A stretch of DNA of 64,000 nucleotides from Lytechinus pictus. Its lineage: Eukaryota. A model generated the notes under the pieces. That model was not told where the DNA came from and did not search any database. It saw only the letters and a program-made list of their open reading frames with translations. Location of the stretch: positions 14,014,001-14,078,000 of the forward strand of contig NC_087251.1 of assembly GCF_037042905.1 (NCBI RefSeq), in the 5' to 3' direction. Numbering within the stretch: the first letter of the stretch is position 1; each line of letters starts with the position of its first letter. This document shows, in pieces, positions 23,301 to 37,500 of the stretch. The position numbers and the translations under genes were made by a program.

Positions 23301-26192
23301 GTGTGTACAACACAGCACAGTGCCAGTCATGGAAAGTTCATTGACCTTTGACCTTATTCAAATTTGACTCACATTTGAACTTGACCTGCACCTTCAAAAG
23401 ATGGACCTCTTGTATGAATTTGGCAATCCTAACTCGAAGATATATAAAGTTATTGTGTGTACAGCACAGCACAGTGCCAGTCATGGAAAGTTCATTGACC
23501 TTTGACCTTATTCAAATTCGACTCATATTCGAACTTGACCTGTGCCTTCAGGAGATGGACCTCTGGTATGAATTTGGTGATCCTACCTCGAAGATATAGA
23601 AAGTTATTATGTGTACAACACAGCACAGTGTCAGTCATGGAAAGTTCATTGACCTTTGACCTTTGACCTTATTCAAATTCGACTCATATTCAAACTTGAC
23701 CTGTGCCTTCAGGAAATGGACCTCTGGTATGAATTTGGTGATCCCACCTCGAAGATATAGAAAGTTATTATGTGTACAACACAGCACAGTGCCAGTCATG
23801 GAAAGTTCATTGACCTTTGACCTTTGACCTTATTCAAATTCGACTCATATTCAAACTTGACCTGTGCCTTCAGGAAATGGACCTCTGGTATGAATTTGGT
23901 GATCCCACCTCGAAGATATAGAAAGTTATTATGTGTACAACACAGCACAGTGCCAGTCATGGAAAGTTCATTGACCTTTGACCTTATTCAAATTCGACTC
24001 ATATTCGAACTTGACCCGTGCCTTCAGGAGATGGACCTCTGTTATGAATTTGGTGATCCCACCTCGAAGCTATAGAAAGTTATTGGGTGTACAAAGTTAT
24101 TATGTGTACAACACAGCACAGTGCCAGTCTTGGAAAGTTCATTGACCTTTGACCTTTTTCCAATTTGACTCATATTCGAACTTGACCTGTGCCTTCAGGA
24201 GATGGACCTCTGGTATGAATTTGGTGATCCCACCTCGAAGCTATAGAAAGTTATTGGGTGTACAACACAATTGTTGACGACGACGACGACGACGCCGACA
24301 CCGACGCCGACGCCAACGCCGGAAATAGTGATACCTATGTCTCGCTCCGCTACGCAGGCGAGACAAAAACGAAACCGAGATTTATCGATGATTTATCAGG
24401 CGCGGATCCAAGGGGGGGGGGTGGGGCCGAGCCGGCCCCCCTATTTTTTTGCAACCAAAAAAAGTATCCTTTTTAATTTGAGAGAAACGCTGAAAACAGA
24501 AAGAACAGTGCGGAGGAGGTATCATATCCAGGTTTTAATTTACGGCCTCGTAACGGCCAGGCCCGATCCCCATAGGCCTCGGGATAGGCCTACTCGATCG
24601 CAGTGACACCGCATTATGTTGGTTCACATTTTTGCAAATCACGCTACCGCAACTGCGCGCCCATCAATGAAAGACATTCTCCTGCACGTGGGTTTCCTGC
24701 ACTCCACCAACGGCCGAGTAGCTCTGCATAGGAGGATTACCATATGCGCTCAAATAGGCCGTAAGACAATATTTAAAAAAAATCCTCAAAATATCCAGTT
24801 TTCAGGCCTTAATATCAACCAATTTCGCTCTCATTAATATTGAATTAAAATATAACTAAGGTAACAGTTTCATGAATTCCTATAAATGAAATTTTCCCTT
24901 TTTTAGAATGGAATATCGACAAGTTTCATCTCGCGTTGGGGAAGAGGAATAGAAAGGTAATCATCATTTTCATATGATGACACAATGTCCTTACAATGTC
25001 CCGGTGCTAGGTCTAAATAATCTATAAAAAAACGCGCACAGTCATGTTTATTAAGATACGCAGTTTGTTCTTTATTCAACACACGTGCTTGAATTATCCA
25101 GTCTCATATCAATGAAGGAAGATACCCAATTTCTCATCCTGTTCAAGATTGACAAAACATGAATATAGAGTCACGTTTTTAGGTCTGAATCTCATTTTTC
25201 CCGCTTGCGCTCGCATTTAGTTACATACACATCTTGTACACGATCACAAACATTGCTCAGAAAGTTCAATTTTGAGGACAAAAATTAGCTCGCGCTTCGC
25301 GCTCGCTTTATTCGATTAGGGCTTATATGATATTAATATTTATTTATGTTTTGTAAGAATAAAGCTAAAAAGTGACTGTTAGGACTACCCCTTCAAAGAA
25401 ACAAACAAAAATCAACTTTGAGCGGCCGATCGGGGAAAATATGGGTAATTTTTTTTTTCGGCCCCCCCCCCCTATTGGCGAAAGCTGGATCCGCCCCTGT
25501 TTATTATAACTTTAATCACAAATACAAATGACCTACCATTGTAAAGCTTAGGATATCTCTTTCATGTGAAATGACTTAGATTAATTCTCATTCACGCATG
25601 AGTGAGCAAAAACAATTTGAAGAGGGGATACCAAAATGTCACTTGGCGGGCTGTATCTGGGTTAAAAAAAACCCCACATTTTTAAAAAGTTCAATATCTG
25701 CTCTTTAATTTGATACCTCAATTACAGAAAATGGTCAAAAAATAACAGAGTGCTGGTTATTTGAAATAAGGCTTGAATTTCAATATTTTTTAAAAATGAA
25801 GAGGTTTTACAGGCTAGCGTTCAGACTCACTTCGACACTCCGTTTTGTTGACGATCAGCCATGCATTAAGTCTTTTGTTAACCATGCGATAGCTTCTGTG
25901 GGAAACCGGTGAAAACACATTTAATGAAATTATGGAAATACAAGCATTGTTTCGAGGGAATAGAACTTTTTTACTTCTTGACCATTTTCTGTTATTAAGG
26001 TATCAAATGAAAGAGCAGATATTGAACTTTTTAGGCATGGGATTTTCTTTTTGAAATTCAGATACCCCCCCAATGACTTTTTGGTTATCTTTCTTCAATT
26101 TGTTTTTGCTCACTCATGCGTGGGTGAGGAATAATCTAAGTAATTTCAGATGAAAGAAGAGATTCTAAGCTATATATATATATTTATATATA

Positions 26193-26240
<48 letters not shown>

Positions 26241-28503
26241 ATTTAACCTACCAAAGCCAAATCCAATTAGGGTCATAGACGGAATAAGCTGCCAGATCAT
26301 GTTGCAAAGCGGAAGCTATGGGATATAAAGTGAATAGAATACCACTTTATCTGATTATATCATATCAATGTCAACTCTGCAATCACATGATTATAACTAT
26401 TATGTCAAAATTATCATATCCGAGAACTGAAGTAGGCGTACATGATTAAATAAGATATAGTATACTGCACACAAATGAGTAAATTAGTATCTTATTTATA
26501 ATAGCATCAAATATCATATTAAGAGACATAGTTCTCGCAGTTCAAAATTTAACAAAACAACAACGAATAAAAATTATGAGGTTTATATGCAAATATAGAT
26601 ATTAAAAATTTTGAATATGAAATTGCGAAATAAAATTACATTTTCACCAGAAAAAAAGCGAAAGAAATACAATAACATTATACATTATATATAATCATAC
26701 AAACACAAACAATACACAATGAGATATGTACACAATTTTTCTTCTTGATTAATATGCGTAACAACATAAAAAGAAAATAGCCATTTATAAAACAGTTTCA
26801 ATATCTGTTACAATAGAGGGATCCACTAAAAAGCAATGCTTGTAAGTTATGGACCCATAAAAAACGTAAAATAAAGAAATAATCTTTTTGTAGTATTTGC
26901 CCCCGAGGATTAAGACAGAACAAAATATAGCAACAGAACATAGAAAGGCAAAAAAAAAATTCAAAATAAAATACAAAACAAAAATACAAAACGAACAACC
27001 AATATACTTATATCCAACTTACTGTTGCAATTCCAATAGCCATTGCTAGTGACCCAATCAACATACATCGCCACCTGTGATTGTAAATATTTTGAATTTT
27101 AACAATCCAAAAAGAAAAAACAAGTGAATTATTATAAATTTTCCGGCCCTGAGTCCATTTTCACGGGCACGCAAACGTCAAAACCTCGTAAAATCCTAAC
27201 TATATCCTATAACGTAACGTCACATTTCATGCTTTGATGGTGCTACAAATCATGATTTGGGAACTCGGATGATACTTCTAAGCACATGTAAAATACGTTA
27301 AGTTTTGAAATGCGAACTTCGTCACGTTTTAAACAATTGCACGACTTCACACTGATGGAAATACACCTGCTGGAATCCTTCTTCTGCTAAGCTGTTGCTG
27401 ACTGTTCACAAAGTATGATTGTAATATTATGATTATAGGCGTTGTATAGTTGTCTTTTTTAGCCTCAGTCACATATCCATTTTTGAAAGAGATATTAAAT
27501 TCAAACTACATCATTCCTCATGTAAATGGATGAAAAACATTTTCTTTAAAAATGAGATTGTTATATGTCTGTTAGCGACAAGATAAATTAAAAGATTACC
27601 TTTTTAGTGTTTTACTCCAATATCCGATAAGAGGCCCTGATACAATATGAGCGGCGCTTGTTGGAACGAAAATCAAACCTGAAAAGATCAAGAAAAAAAC
27701 TCACGTTACTCTATATTTTTTCAAAAAGGGTTGTGAATTATTTTACATTTGATGTGAGAGATGATAAATAGCTATTCCAGAACTTTATTCCCAAGCTATC
27801 GGCTATAACTAAGCGCAGAAGCGTCGATCCTGGGGGGGGGGGGGGGGGGGGTGGTTGACACACCAATGAAAATATTTGGGGGACAAACATATCGTTTTGC
27901 TCCCCAATAATTCCGGATGTACAAAAAATAAATAAGATTGTAATGTTACACAGAAATCAGCAAGCGAGATTGAAATACACAACTCGTTCTTTATTTAAAA
28001 TCTTGCTCAAAATGCCTGCTTTTCAGATTAGAATATAAAAATTTTCAGCTCGCGCTTCGCGCTCGCATCATTTCTGTAACAAAAACCTTTAATTTTCATG
28101 ATTAAATAGGTGAATAGAATGTCCTGTTTTCAGTTCTAAACCTCAAAGAACTCCCGCTTCGATTTACAATAATCTTTTGTTGGGTATATATCTTAAAAAC
28201 GTCCATTAAACTAGATGCCTATTTTGTTCAGATCAAAATATCAAAATTTTCAGCTTCGCGCTCGCATCCAATGTTCTTTTAGATACCCACCTTAATCATT
28301 GGTACCAAAAATGCTTAGAATATCAAGCTTTCAGGTCAGAATATAAAGAAATTTCAGCTTGCTCTCGACACTCGCATTATTTGTGTAGTGAGATATATAT
28401 CCTCCTCATGAGTTACTACAAACAGTCCTAAACAGGTACCTTTTTTTTTATATTTTCAGGTCAGTATACTAAAAAAATTCAAGTCATATATGAATTTATA
28501 TAT

Positions 28504-28542
<39 letters not shown>

Positions 28543-31500
28543 GGCATATGTGTGTGTGTGTGTGGGTGAGTTTGGTTGTTTTGTGTGATCGAGCGCCTTT
28601 GGAACGTTATTCATGATTTTGCCCCCCCCCCCATCTGAAAAATAGATCGACGCCCCTGACTAAGCGTTTTGAATGAATTGTTAATGTAAACAAGCTCAAT
28701 TGGTTTACATTATGCTTGTTATTCCGTTTCTTACATAGTTGAAGGTTCTTTGAAATAAGCTTGCAGCCGAAAGCTCGTACATAGCTATATCATGTTTTGC
28801 ATCTCTTTCAGTATCTTGTATCATCCTCAAGTGTTGGACACACTCCATACATAAAGCACCGACAATAACCCTTTTAGATACATGCAGATTAAAGCAATCT
28901 TCTGATCCAGTGAATAACTATCAAAATCGTCACCACTGCTATACCGCCAATATGTCGACATTGTCGTCAAAATTACATCACCATAACAACATCATCATCA
29001 GCAGCATCACACCACGAATATTGTCACCATCACACAACTGCAGTAACATCATCTTCATCATTACTTTGCCGTCTAGTCATGTATGTCGACACCATAACAT
29101 AATCATCGTCGGAATAATTATGCCGCCACTTTGTCGACATCGTTTTTATCATTACTCCACAATAACATCATCATCGTCATCATGACAATGCCACTACTAT
29201 GTCGACATTGCTGTCATCATTAACCCATCACCATAACAATCATCGTAATCATTACTATATCGCCACTTTGTCGACGTCGTCGTAATCATTGCACTGCTAT
29301 ATTAAACATCATCATCGTCATCATTACTGCGCAGCCATTATTTCGACAATATCTTCATCATTACACCATCATAACATCATTGTCATAATTACACCACCAT
29401 AATTAGGTTTATTTTCAATTGGTCTAATGCCAATTCTTCCACTTGCCAACTCTTCTACTATAATTTGGCCTACCATTAATTCTTCCTCTATCCACATGGT
29501 CTAATTGCCATTTCGTCCACTCAAAATTTCATCTAATAACCAGTTGGTCCAAAGGCATTTAGTCTATATGCTATTTGGTATAATTGGACGAAATGTTAAT
29601 TGGGCGAAATGAATTGAAATAAAATTGGTCATAGACCAACTGGTTATTAGACAAAATGGTCAAAAGTGATGATTGGACAAAATGGATGTTACATGAAATG
29701 TTGATGGACAGAATGGTATTAGACTAAATACAGATAGACTTTGCGATGAGTGGAGGAGTTGGTAATAGCCGAATTGGCAATTTATCCATAATAACGTCAA
29801 GGTCATACCACCACTTTGTCGATATCGTCATCATTACACTACCATAACAATATCAACGTCATCCTTACTGTTCTGTTACTATGTTGAAATCGCCGTCATC
29901 ATTACACTACCAAAACATCATCCTCATCATTATTATCCCGCCACTATGTCGACATCGTCGTCATAACTCCACCATTGCATTATCATCGTCATCACTTGAC
30001 TACCACCAAACTAACATTACCATCACCATGTCAAGAGCAGCTCCACGTATATCACGCTTTTACCTATTTCCCATTCTGGTGTCTTGAACGATGATTTGAG
30101 CCATATTGGAAGAGTTGCATTGGTGAAGGCTATACCCAACGTGGTCGTCATAGCAAGAACTGAAAATGAAAGCAAATTAAAATGTCATGAAACAAAGCTC
30201 AATCAAATCAACTAAGTAAAAATGATTTTAAAAATAGTTTGCATAACTATGCAAACTATTTTTTAAAATTTGGTTCAATCTTTCAATTTGCATCTCGATT
30301 TACCAAAAATGGTCGGCATTTTTCTATTACTAACGTCACGATATATTGACCACTTTCCTTGTCATTGCTACTCCATACTTTCATATCCGATCCCCGATCC
30401 GATACGACCTTGTAATTTAGACCGAGTACAAGAAGGGACGATGATGATGACAGTGATGATGACGACGCACGATGACAATGTTAAACATGATAGTCAACAT
30501 CTCTGGAGTATATATATGGGGGGGGGGGGGGGCTGTTACACCCACAAGTGTAATAAACGCCCACAAATGTAATAACGCCCACAAATGTAATAACACTTTA
30601 CCCACAAATGTAATAATTTTACCCACAAATGTAAAAAGGCACTTTACCCAAAAATGTAATAATTTTTGATCGCCCACAAATGTAATAATGACTTTACCCA
30701 CAAATGTAATAAATTTGAAGGGATTTTTGGCGAATCTGTTCTGAACTAAAATGCGTTCATATAGCGCAAAGTCAGTCTTTTTCTCCAGACCCAGTTATAT
30801 AAAACATTCAAAAAATCTTTCAAACAAAGATCGAAAATTAATTCTTCTTAATGTTGAATAACTGTTGTTGTTGTTGTTGTTGTTGTTTTAGCTTATACGG
30901 CGTGCATCATTCTAACTTAGAAGTATAGCGAAATCTTTCCTCCAGACCCAGATATTTTAACTGGCAATTAAAAAAAAGACCCCACCATCTTCTTAAATAA
31001 TATGGAAATATAACATAGTCTTTCCTCCAGACCCAGTTAAAAAATCATTAAAAACAAAACAACGACATCAAAAAGACCCTGCAATCTTATCAACATTGAA
31101 CAGCATGGAAATATGGTGTAGTCTTTGCTCCAGACCCATTCAATTCAAAATAGCCAATCATAAAAAAACAATAAAAACAACCAAACGATATTAACAAAGA
31201 CCCCACAATCTCATTGATGTCAATAACTTGAAAATATAGCGTAGTCTTTCCTCAAGACCCAGTTATTTCAAAATGACAAATCGCAAAAAGATAGATAATA
31301 AAACAAAGACCCCACAATCTTATTGATGTTGAATAACATAAAAATAAATGCAGTCTTTCCTCCAGACCCAGATATTTTAAATAACAAATCATAGAATACA
31401 AAAAAAATAAGATGATCGGGGGAGCATTTCATCAACACTAATTATGTCGGACAAGTTGTCAGATCTGACAACTTTCCTTGATGTTGATTGGCTAAGAAGC

Positions 31501-34500
31501 AGTGCTACCATGGTAAGTGTCGGATAAAACGTCTGACAACTCCTTTCATGAAATGCTCCCCGGGCTCTTAGTTTTGAAGATTTTTTTTATTATAAATTTC
31601 TTTGCCTGGAAGAAAAAGTATGTTTTAAATGCATTCTTTATTACAGGATTTCAGGCTGGAAGAGGGTTTTAATTTTAAGGACGTTCCACAGTTAAAGTGA
31701 AATCCATGTCATTTTCACCAAACTCTGCACATAGATACTTTAGAACCTTAATATTCGAAATATGCAAAAATTAACATGGGTCCATGTGCTTGATTTTTTG
31801 CTGTAGAGCTTCAAAGTTCACCAAAATTGATGTTCTGAAGAATTGCGCATTTAAAAGAATTTGGCATTTTTAGACCTCGCAAGAATACTACAATGAGTTT
31901 AAACCTCTATTACTCAGTCAAAATACATGAAAAAGTCATCAAATTTCGCAAGAGAGTTAATAATTGTATCGTTAGAATGGATAATCTATTTATGGTGCTA
32001 TTTGTTTGCAACTTTAAGTCTAACAGCACAGTCAGTTCTTAAAAACGGCGTAAAAGATAACAAAAACCCAATCTCAAAAATGTGAAATTTCAATAACAGA
32101 CTACAAAAGTACAATAAATGCTGCACTTTATTCAAAATCCATGTCATTTTCACCAAAATTTGCAAGGTTGTAGAGGAAGCTATACCTAAGAGGTACAAAC
32201 ATTAAAAAATAGGGGTTCATGTGCTTGTTTTCAAACTATCAGCATTTTTATTAGAGCAAATGTGCTTTTTAAAACACCAAAAATGCGCCAAATGCTTTGA
32301 ATCTATGTGAAGAAAAATCAAAACCACTCTACCATTTATTCAAACTCGGGGTCATATTCGTGATTCTTGGCAGTACTGCAGAGTAAAGTATTTTGAAATT
32401 GTAGATATATTTTTTTTAATGATCCATGGAATAATTCAAGTTTTTTAGCTTCATAAAATAACGCATCGAATCTGCAGTTAGGGTGCAGATGATGAGAAAA
32501 ATCAGCTCAAACCCACAGCTAATTAATCACCTGTTCATCCATTGTGACGTCAGCGCGCAGAGTGTTAAATATGCGCAGATCATAATGCGCACAAACATAA
32601 CTGTGGAACGTCCTTAAATGTTTGTTAATGTTGTTCTGTTTTTTTTGTGTGGTAAAACTAGGTATGTGTTATCACAGGGTTTTATAGTTTGGAAGATGCT
32701 GGGGTCTAAGTTTTAAGATTATGTTTCACTTAATTTGTATTTTTAAAAGAACTGGGTGTGGGGTAAAGACAACGCTCTAAACTCAAGCATTTTAACTGGG
32801 TTTAATTTTGAAGATTGGTCTTAGCTTCGAAGTTTTTTTTTTTTAAATAACGCGCTCGCATCGATTGTTTAATTAGATAGCCATCCAGTTTATGATTACA
32901 AAAAGTGCTTAGAACGTCCAGTTATCATCTCAGGATATCAAAAATTTCCAGCTTGCGATTCGCGCTCGCATTATTTATTTGGTGAGAAACCATTTTCATG
33001 ACCCAATGCAAACAGCTAGTCCTTAACAGATCCCTTTTCAAGTCAATAGGGTCTACATAAAAAAATAGCCCGCGCTTCTCGCTCGATTTTGAGAAATAGG
33101 CAAAATATTTGTGTTGCTCCCCCCCCCCAAATGTTCTTTTGCCTCGCCCTATGTTAAAAATCCTTGTGCCGCCATTGCCCAAGACCCGATCTGCATAGCA
33201 CTGGCCACAAAAAGTTCTACAACCGATAATAAAAAGAAAAGGAAAGGAAAGAAATATGTAAGATATGATGTTATTTTCTGAATACCATGTCAAAATCAAT
33301 CTCAAAGTTAGATTTTCATGAAGGGGTGATTTTTTTCTCTCTCACTTCGCTCGCTTCGGAGTTATATAAGCAACTTTTTGCTGCGCGCGCCATGATGTGC
33401 CTCCCTCTCTTTTTTGTACTAATCACGCATTGAGTTTCGCTCTAATGCTCGGGGCGCAATCATTAAAACAAATCCTGTTCATACCATGATATGACCGGGA
33501 AATTCTTGGCTCCTGCCCCCCTCCCCCTGGCCACCGACCCCTGTTACGCCCCTTGGTGTGTGGGTGTGTTTGCAAAAGCGTATATATTTCCATAAGTAGG
33601 TAAATGATACCCTACGAACCTGATACTAATAGTGTACAAGGATTCATTAGAAGGGTAATGGCGGATGGAGAACTCTCAGTAACTGGAACTGTTACATTCA
33701 CGGGCATGACCATTGGAGTGAACACTGTGGGAAGAATAGGGGAAAGAAATCCATTTTTATTTTCTTAGTGTATTTTTGGGCATATTCATTGATTGCAGTA
33801 TATAGGGACAACGATTAAAACGAGATATATATATTTTTCTCTACCAAGACTACTGAAAAATCTAGATATTAATTATTGACAATCAAATCGAATAACATTC
33901 TTGAAACAAAGCTATGCCTTTTTGACACTTAGAAGATTCTATTCCAAATTAATACTTGAATTAGATTTAATTACAAATGATTGATTTCGCGTAATAATGG
34001 CTATGATCCTTGTCGTTTTAAAAGGAAATGTAGTCATTTTGTCAATGGGAAATCTATGCAGCGTTTCCAATAAGGTATCGATCGCTTATTTTTCAGATTT
34101 TGATTTATAATTCTAATGATAATGATGGCTGTTACGACAATATTGATATTGATGATTATACTGATAATTTCAATATGATAACAAAAATAAGAATAAAAAT
34201 GATAATGATAATAAAAATGATAACACAAAAAATGAAAAAATAATTGTAAGGCTAATATTGGAATTAAAAGATACATATTTTCATTTCATTTCATTTCATT
34301 TTCTACTAATGATAACATGATAATGAACAACGATAATCGAGCATAAGAATAACCAACAATAGTAATGATAATAATAAATTCTAACGATATAGATAATGTT
34401 ATCGACGACAAAAACAACAACATCACGTGTGAACATATATACTCATCTAGTGAACATACCGAGAGACGCTAGGATTATAACAGAAAGGGCAAGGAATGGA

Positions 34501-37500
34501 GCAGACTGGCTGATCAAGCCATACATAACCGAACCTAGAGTTGGACCAACTACAAAGAAAATAAAATGGGATAAAAAGAAGTAGAGAGAGGAAGAAGAGT
34601 ATTGAGGATTGAGAGTAAAAAAAAGAGAGAGATACGTGAAAAAGAAAGTGTGTGTGCGTGAGAGAAATGGGATGAGGGAAGGTGGGGGGGGGGTAAGGAG
34701 AAGGGAATGAATAGAAAGCAGTAAAAAAAAAATATTGTCATCAGTAAGAAACGGGTATAATGCTACATACATGTATGTGTTATAATATATTGACTAAATA
34801 ATAACAATTGAAACAAATCACTGGACAAACTAAAATGCACGAGGCCATATTTGAATGTTTAGAAGGTAACAATAATTAACGTCTGCTTTACCATTGCGGG
34901 GAGGGGATGATAGCTTTCGTGCTCCACCAAACCAAATTGTGATTATTTGCTTAATATTCCATATCGGAAACTTTCTAATAATCATAAACAGAAAATGCAG
35001 CAATTCTCTCCCTTAACAAAATAATATGGCTAAATCCAAGCAGAGTTGAGTAGGCCTACATGAATATTTATAAATATGTTTCGTGAGGATATAGATATTC
35101 TCAACCCATTGAGCAACTCGCCAGCATGGCACAGTGGTAATTCCTGCGCTTCGGTTGACAAGTCTTCACACAGTAAATGGACACATTTCCCTTTATTCAT
35201 TTTTTTCTAAATATAGAAAAGTTATTTTATCAGCATATTGATTCTACAAAACCTACACAAACATTTTTTTTGGTGTCTGTTGTTTGTAGTCTGGTTGTAA
35301 TTGACCTATTGTAGATTTGATTGTTCTTTTAAGTTCTTGATTTACCATGTCATAATGTACATTTTGTATGTAAGGGGATCACTGTTTAGCAAGCCATAGG
35401 CTTTTGTTGTGATTCCCATACACATTTTATTGTATATATCTGCTTTGCATTTTATGAATTATTAATAAATTGAATATCTGCAAGAATTTACTATGTAGCT
35501 TTTTTGCCATGTTTAAAAAGACTTTCACTGGGTTTCGAAAAACGTACTAACCCCTTGTAAAAAAAAGCATTACTTGCTGTTAAACACTTAAATTCAAAGT
35601 TAGTAGAAATATGGAAAATTCAGTTCCAATATGTAACAACAACAGAGTGAATTTGGGGCAGGCATTTTTCATTTAGCACAATATACCAGTCGTTTGCAAG
35701 GTCATGCAGAATCTTGATGAACAGCTCTATTGTATAGAACCCCAGATATAACATTGCTGAATGTCAAAACAATTGAGACAGACTTACTTAGTGTTCCGAA
35801 AGCAAAGCTACTTATCACCATGCCCAGAACGAATCCTTTCAAATTCTCGTCATCTTGGTATCTCACGGCAAGGTAAACAATTCCTAAAAGAACATAAAAT
35901 GACCTCAAAATGTTCGATTGAATAGGGTATAGATCTTTGTTCAAATAACGAACACTGACGAAGCTTTAAAAACATTTCACTTTTATTTGAAGATCTCTCA
36001 ACATAACAAGGCATATGCCTACAGAATCTGGCCTATAGCAGTCCGTCCCACACACAAAAAACAATCCTTTTTCAAAAATACATTTCACTTTTATTAAATG
36101 TTTTTACCAAATTTGATGCTTTATATGGTAAGAGTGGAATCTCATCTTGAATTTCAGACTGATTACAGTATCCCACTTATTCATCACAAGCACATGCATT
36201 TTATTGCATTTTATTGCTCACTCTTGTGTTCTCCTTGGTCCTCTTCAAGTTCTCATTATACATATATACTGTTAGGGTATTCGGTGGCCATTTTTAATAT
36301 CAAAATGCAACATTCATCACATACATGGCATATTAAATAATATATTTCGTTAACAATTATGTTTTTAGTCAGTATTCCACTCGTTTATCTAATATAATTA
36401 TAATAATGCATTGATATTTTGGTCCCCATTGCCATTGTGTATAATAGGCTATTCTGATCCTCTGAGAATGGGACCCATTAGTCATGGGTCGGAACGGCAA
36501 TGGGAAAACATCCAATTTAAATTCGTATCTTATAGCCGAAATGTGACATTTTTTTGTGTATTACGAGTTATGATATTCATGTGAGATATTACATTATGGT
36601 TGGGAGGCTGGGCAGAATTACATCAGTAGGTCAGCATGGTTGGAAGGTTGAGAGAGACAGTGAGTTTTATGTTGAAAATTAGGAGTATGGAAAATGTTTA
36701 GGAAATTTCGTGTATTACGATTTATGATATTTCTGTGAGACATTACATTATGGTTGGGAGGCTTGGCAGAATTGCAACCGTAGGTCAGCATGGTTAGAAA
36801 GTTGTGAGAGATATCGAGTTTTATGTTGAAAATTAGGAGCAAGGAAAATCTGAAGGTAGTTTGGCCTGCATAAGGTTGGAAGGCTGGGCAGGGCAATTAC
36901 AGTGTTTAAAAAACGCATAATACAGATACAACATGGTTGGAGAGACAATCATCGTATCGATATATGCATATATATGTCATATATATTTTCAGACTTGAGG
37001 AAGACCGCTGAATGTCCGGGTATATAAGTAAGCCTGCAATGTGGCTGTGGCTGGTCACTGAATATATGAAAAGACAAGGTTATGCCTCTTCTAGCCTGGA
37101 ATATTTTGTGAAATTAAGCGAAACTTTATGGAATTTTCAGTGTTATGCTTGTTGGATTTTTCACTTTTTTTTTATTCAAATCAACCTTTTGTTGGGATGG
37201 ACTTGTGCTTTAACAAATGATACAAAAGAAATGCTAATAAGCGAATCATCGCTGTATTACGAACCAGTCTTGTCCAATTCTGTGCAAACCTGATTTTTCT
37301 TCATTAAAATTTCAAACTCGTCTTGCTCATAAATGCGTGAAGTGTTCGTCTAAACTTAGGTATCAAAACATAGATGAATAATTGAATTGTATGATGATGT
37401 AAATTAAATACCATAATTCATTTGCATTTGAGATGAAAAAAGGCATGGTAATCCCAGAGCCCTGGAAACAATTTTTTTCAGTGGGAGTGCTGACATGTGC

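Larger units (their letters stand above)
22562..26170. mobile_element. Tc1/mariner-type MITE split by two nested insertions; right end lost in a (TA)n tract
   Basis: TA|CAGTGCGTCCCACA continues as AAAACGAAACCGAG after 24365 and again after 25499; inverted arms at ~25530-25790 and ~25975-26170. Confidence 0.6.

Noticed and set aside
22765..24075. Repeated ORFs and CACAGTG heptamers in the 154-bp array
   Set aside because: The ORFs are repeat translations with stops in each unit, and the heptamers have no nonamer-like motif at 12 or 23 bp.
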